From NCBI GenBank assembly GCA_964517325.1, contig CAZFBV010000002.1:5728-69727 (forward strand): 64,000 bases of DNA, written 5' to 3'. The stretch comes from an uncultured Gammaproteobacteria bacterium. GTDB lineage: Bacteria; Patescibacteriota; Patescibacteriia; Patescibacteriales; UBA12465. Numbering within the stretch: the stretch's first letter is position 1; each line of letters starts with the position of its first letter. This document shows positions 63,551-64,000 of the stretch, in pieces. The notes beneath the pieces are model-generated. The model made no database searches and had not been told where the DNA came from. It was given only the letters and a program-made list of their open reading frames with translations. The translations under genes were made by a program, and so were the position numbers.

Positions 63551-64000
63551 ATGAACATCGAATACGAAGCTACATTTATTGATATCGACAAGGACGAAAT
63601 CCGCGGCCGCCTCAAAAAATCCGGCGCAACTTTAATCAAGCCGGACTTCTTGATGAAAAGATTAACCTTTGAACTTCCGGCCGGACACGAAATTCCTGGC
63701 GGCTGGCTCAGGATCCGCGATGAAGGCGATAAGACGACCTTGAGCTTAAAGATTATCGATGGCGATAAGATAGAAGACCAAAAAGAAATCTGCCTTAACA
63801 TCAATAATTTTGAAGAAGGAGTGAAACTATTAGAAATGATTGGCGCCAGACAAAAAGCTTATCAGGAAAATCGTCGCGAACTCTGGATATTGGATGAGGT
63901 TGAAGTGACTATTGATGAATGGCCTTATCTAGAACCTTATGTCGAAGTAGAGGGGAAGTCGGAAAAAGAAGTAAGGGCTATCAGTGAAAGATTAGGATTT
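63551..64000 (+). CDS. CYTH-domain protein (CyaB/ThTPase-like triphosphate tunnel enzyme); the 3' end lies outside the window
   Basis: Not in the ORF track because no stop falls in the window. My translation reads MNIEYEATFIDIDKDEIRGRL...WLRIRDEGDKTTLSLK...VEVTIDEWPYLEPYVEVEG, with an ExExK-like start typical of CYTH. Starts 1 nt after the NUDIX stop. Confidence 0.65.
   Translation, partial: MNIEYEATFIDIDKDEIRGRLKKSGATLIKPDFLMKRLTFELPAGHEIPGGWLRIRDEGDKTTLSLKIIDGDKIEDQKEICLNINNFEEGVKLLEMIGARQKAYQENRRELWILDEVEVTIDEWPYLEPYVEVEGKSEKEVRAISERLGF

Noticed and set aside
1-64000. Alternative genetic code (UGA recoding, as in some CPR lineages).
   Set aside because: Homologue-length ORFs end at TGA (for example mnmA at 3268-3270 and GT4 at 20813-20815). 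No conserved gene is interrupted by an in-frame TGA, TAG or TAA.

Overview
The window is a densely coding 64-kb chromosomal segment, mostly on the + strand. It reads with the standard bacterial code: TAA, TAG and TGA all end ORFs of normal homologue length. Housekeeping genes include mnmA, parA-parB, dnaE, prfA-prmC, rpmE, rplY, greA, lysS, uvrB, a SEDS protein, csp plus a DEAD-box helicase, upp/hpt salvage enzymes and kup. These sit among many glycosyltransferase and envelope-glycan genes, an archaeal-type class I aldolase and many small DUF or orphan membrane proteins. By inference this content fits a small-genome, Patescibacteria/CPR-like bacterium. I could fold two tRNAs by hand, Leu-CAA on the minus strand and Gln-CTG on the plus strand. 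I saw no rRNA, CRISPR array, transposase or integrase.

Four observations stand out:
1. An array of single-gene cassettes starts at tRNA-Gln. Each cassette is closed by a repeat that mimics the tRNA 3' end, followed by a hairpin whose stem covaries. The array opens an AT-richer island of about 8 kb that carries an exopolysaccharide module.
2. The translation start of a GT4 glycosyltransferase is triplicated as a 14-bp unit, creating two 5-codon mini-ORFs. A similar 5-codon uORF precedes the upstream flippase.
3. Six tightly coupled genes form one apparent operon: a HlyD adaptor with a very long helical insert, a MacB-type ABC ATPase, two FtsX permeases, a P2-type ATPase and an M23 peptidase.
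4. uvrB lacks its C-terminal UVR domain and sits behind a perfect 7-N11-7 palindrome, while a T4-endoV-like pyrimidine-dimer glycosylase is encoded elsewhere in the window.

All functional calls rest on motifs I recognised in the supplied translations. No database search was run.
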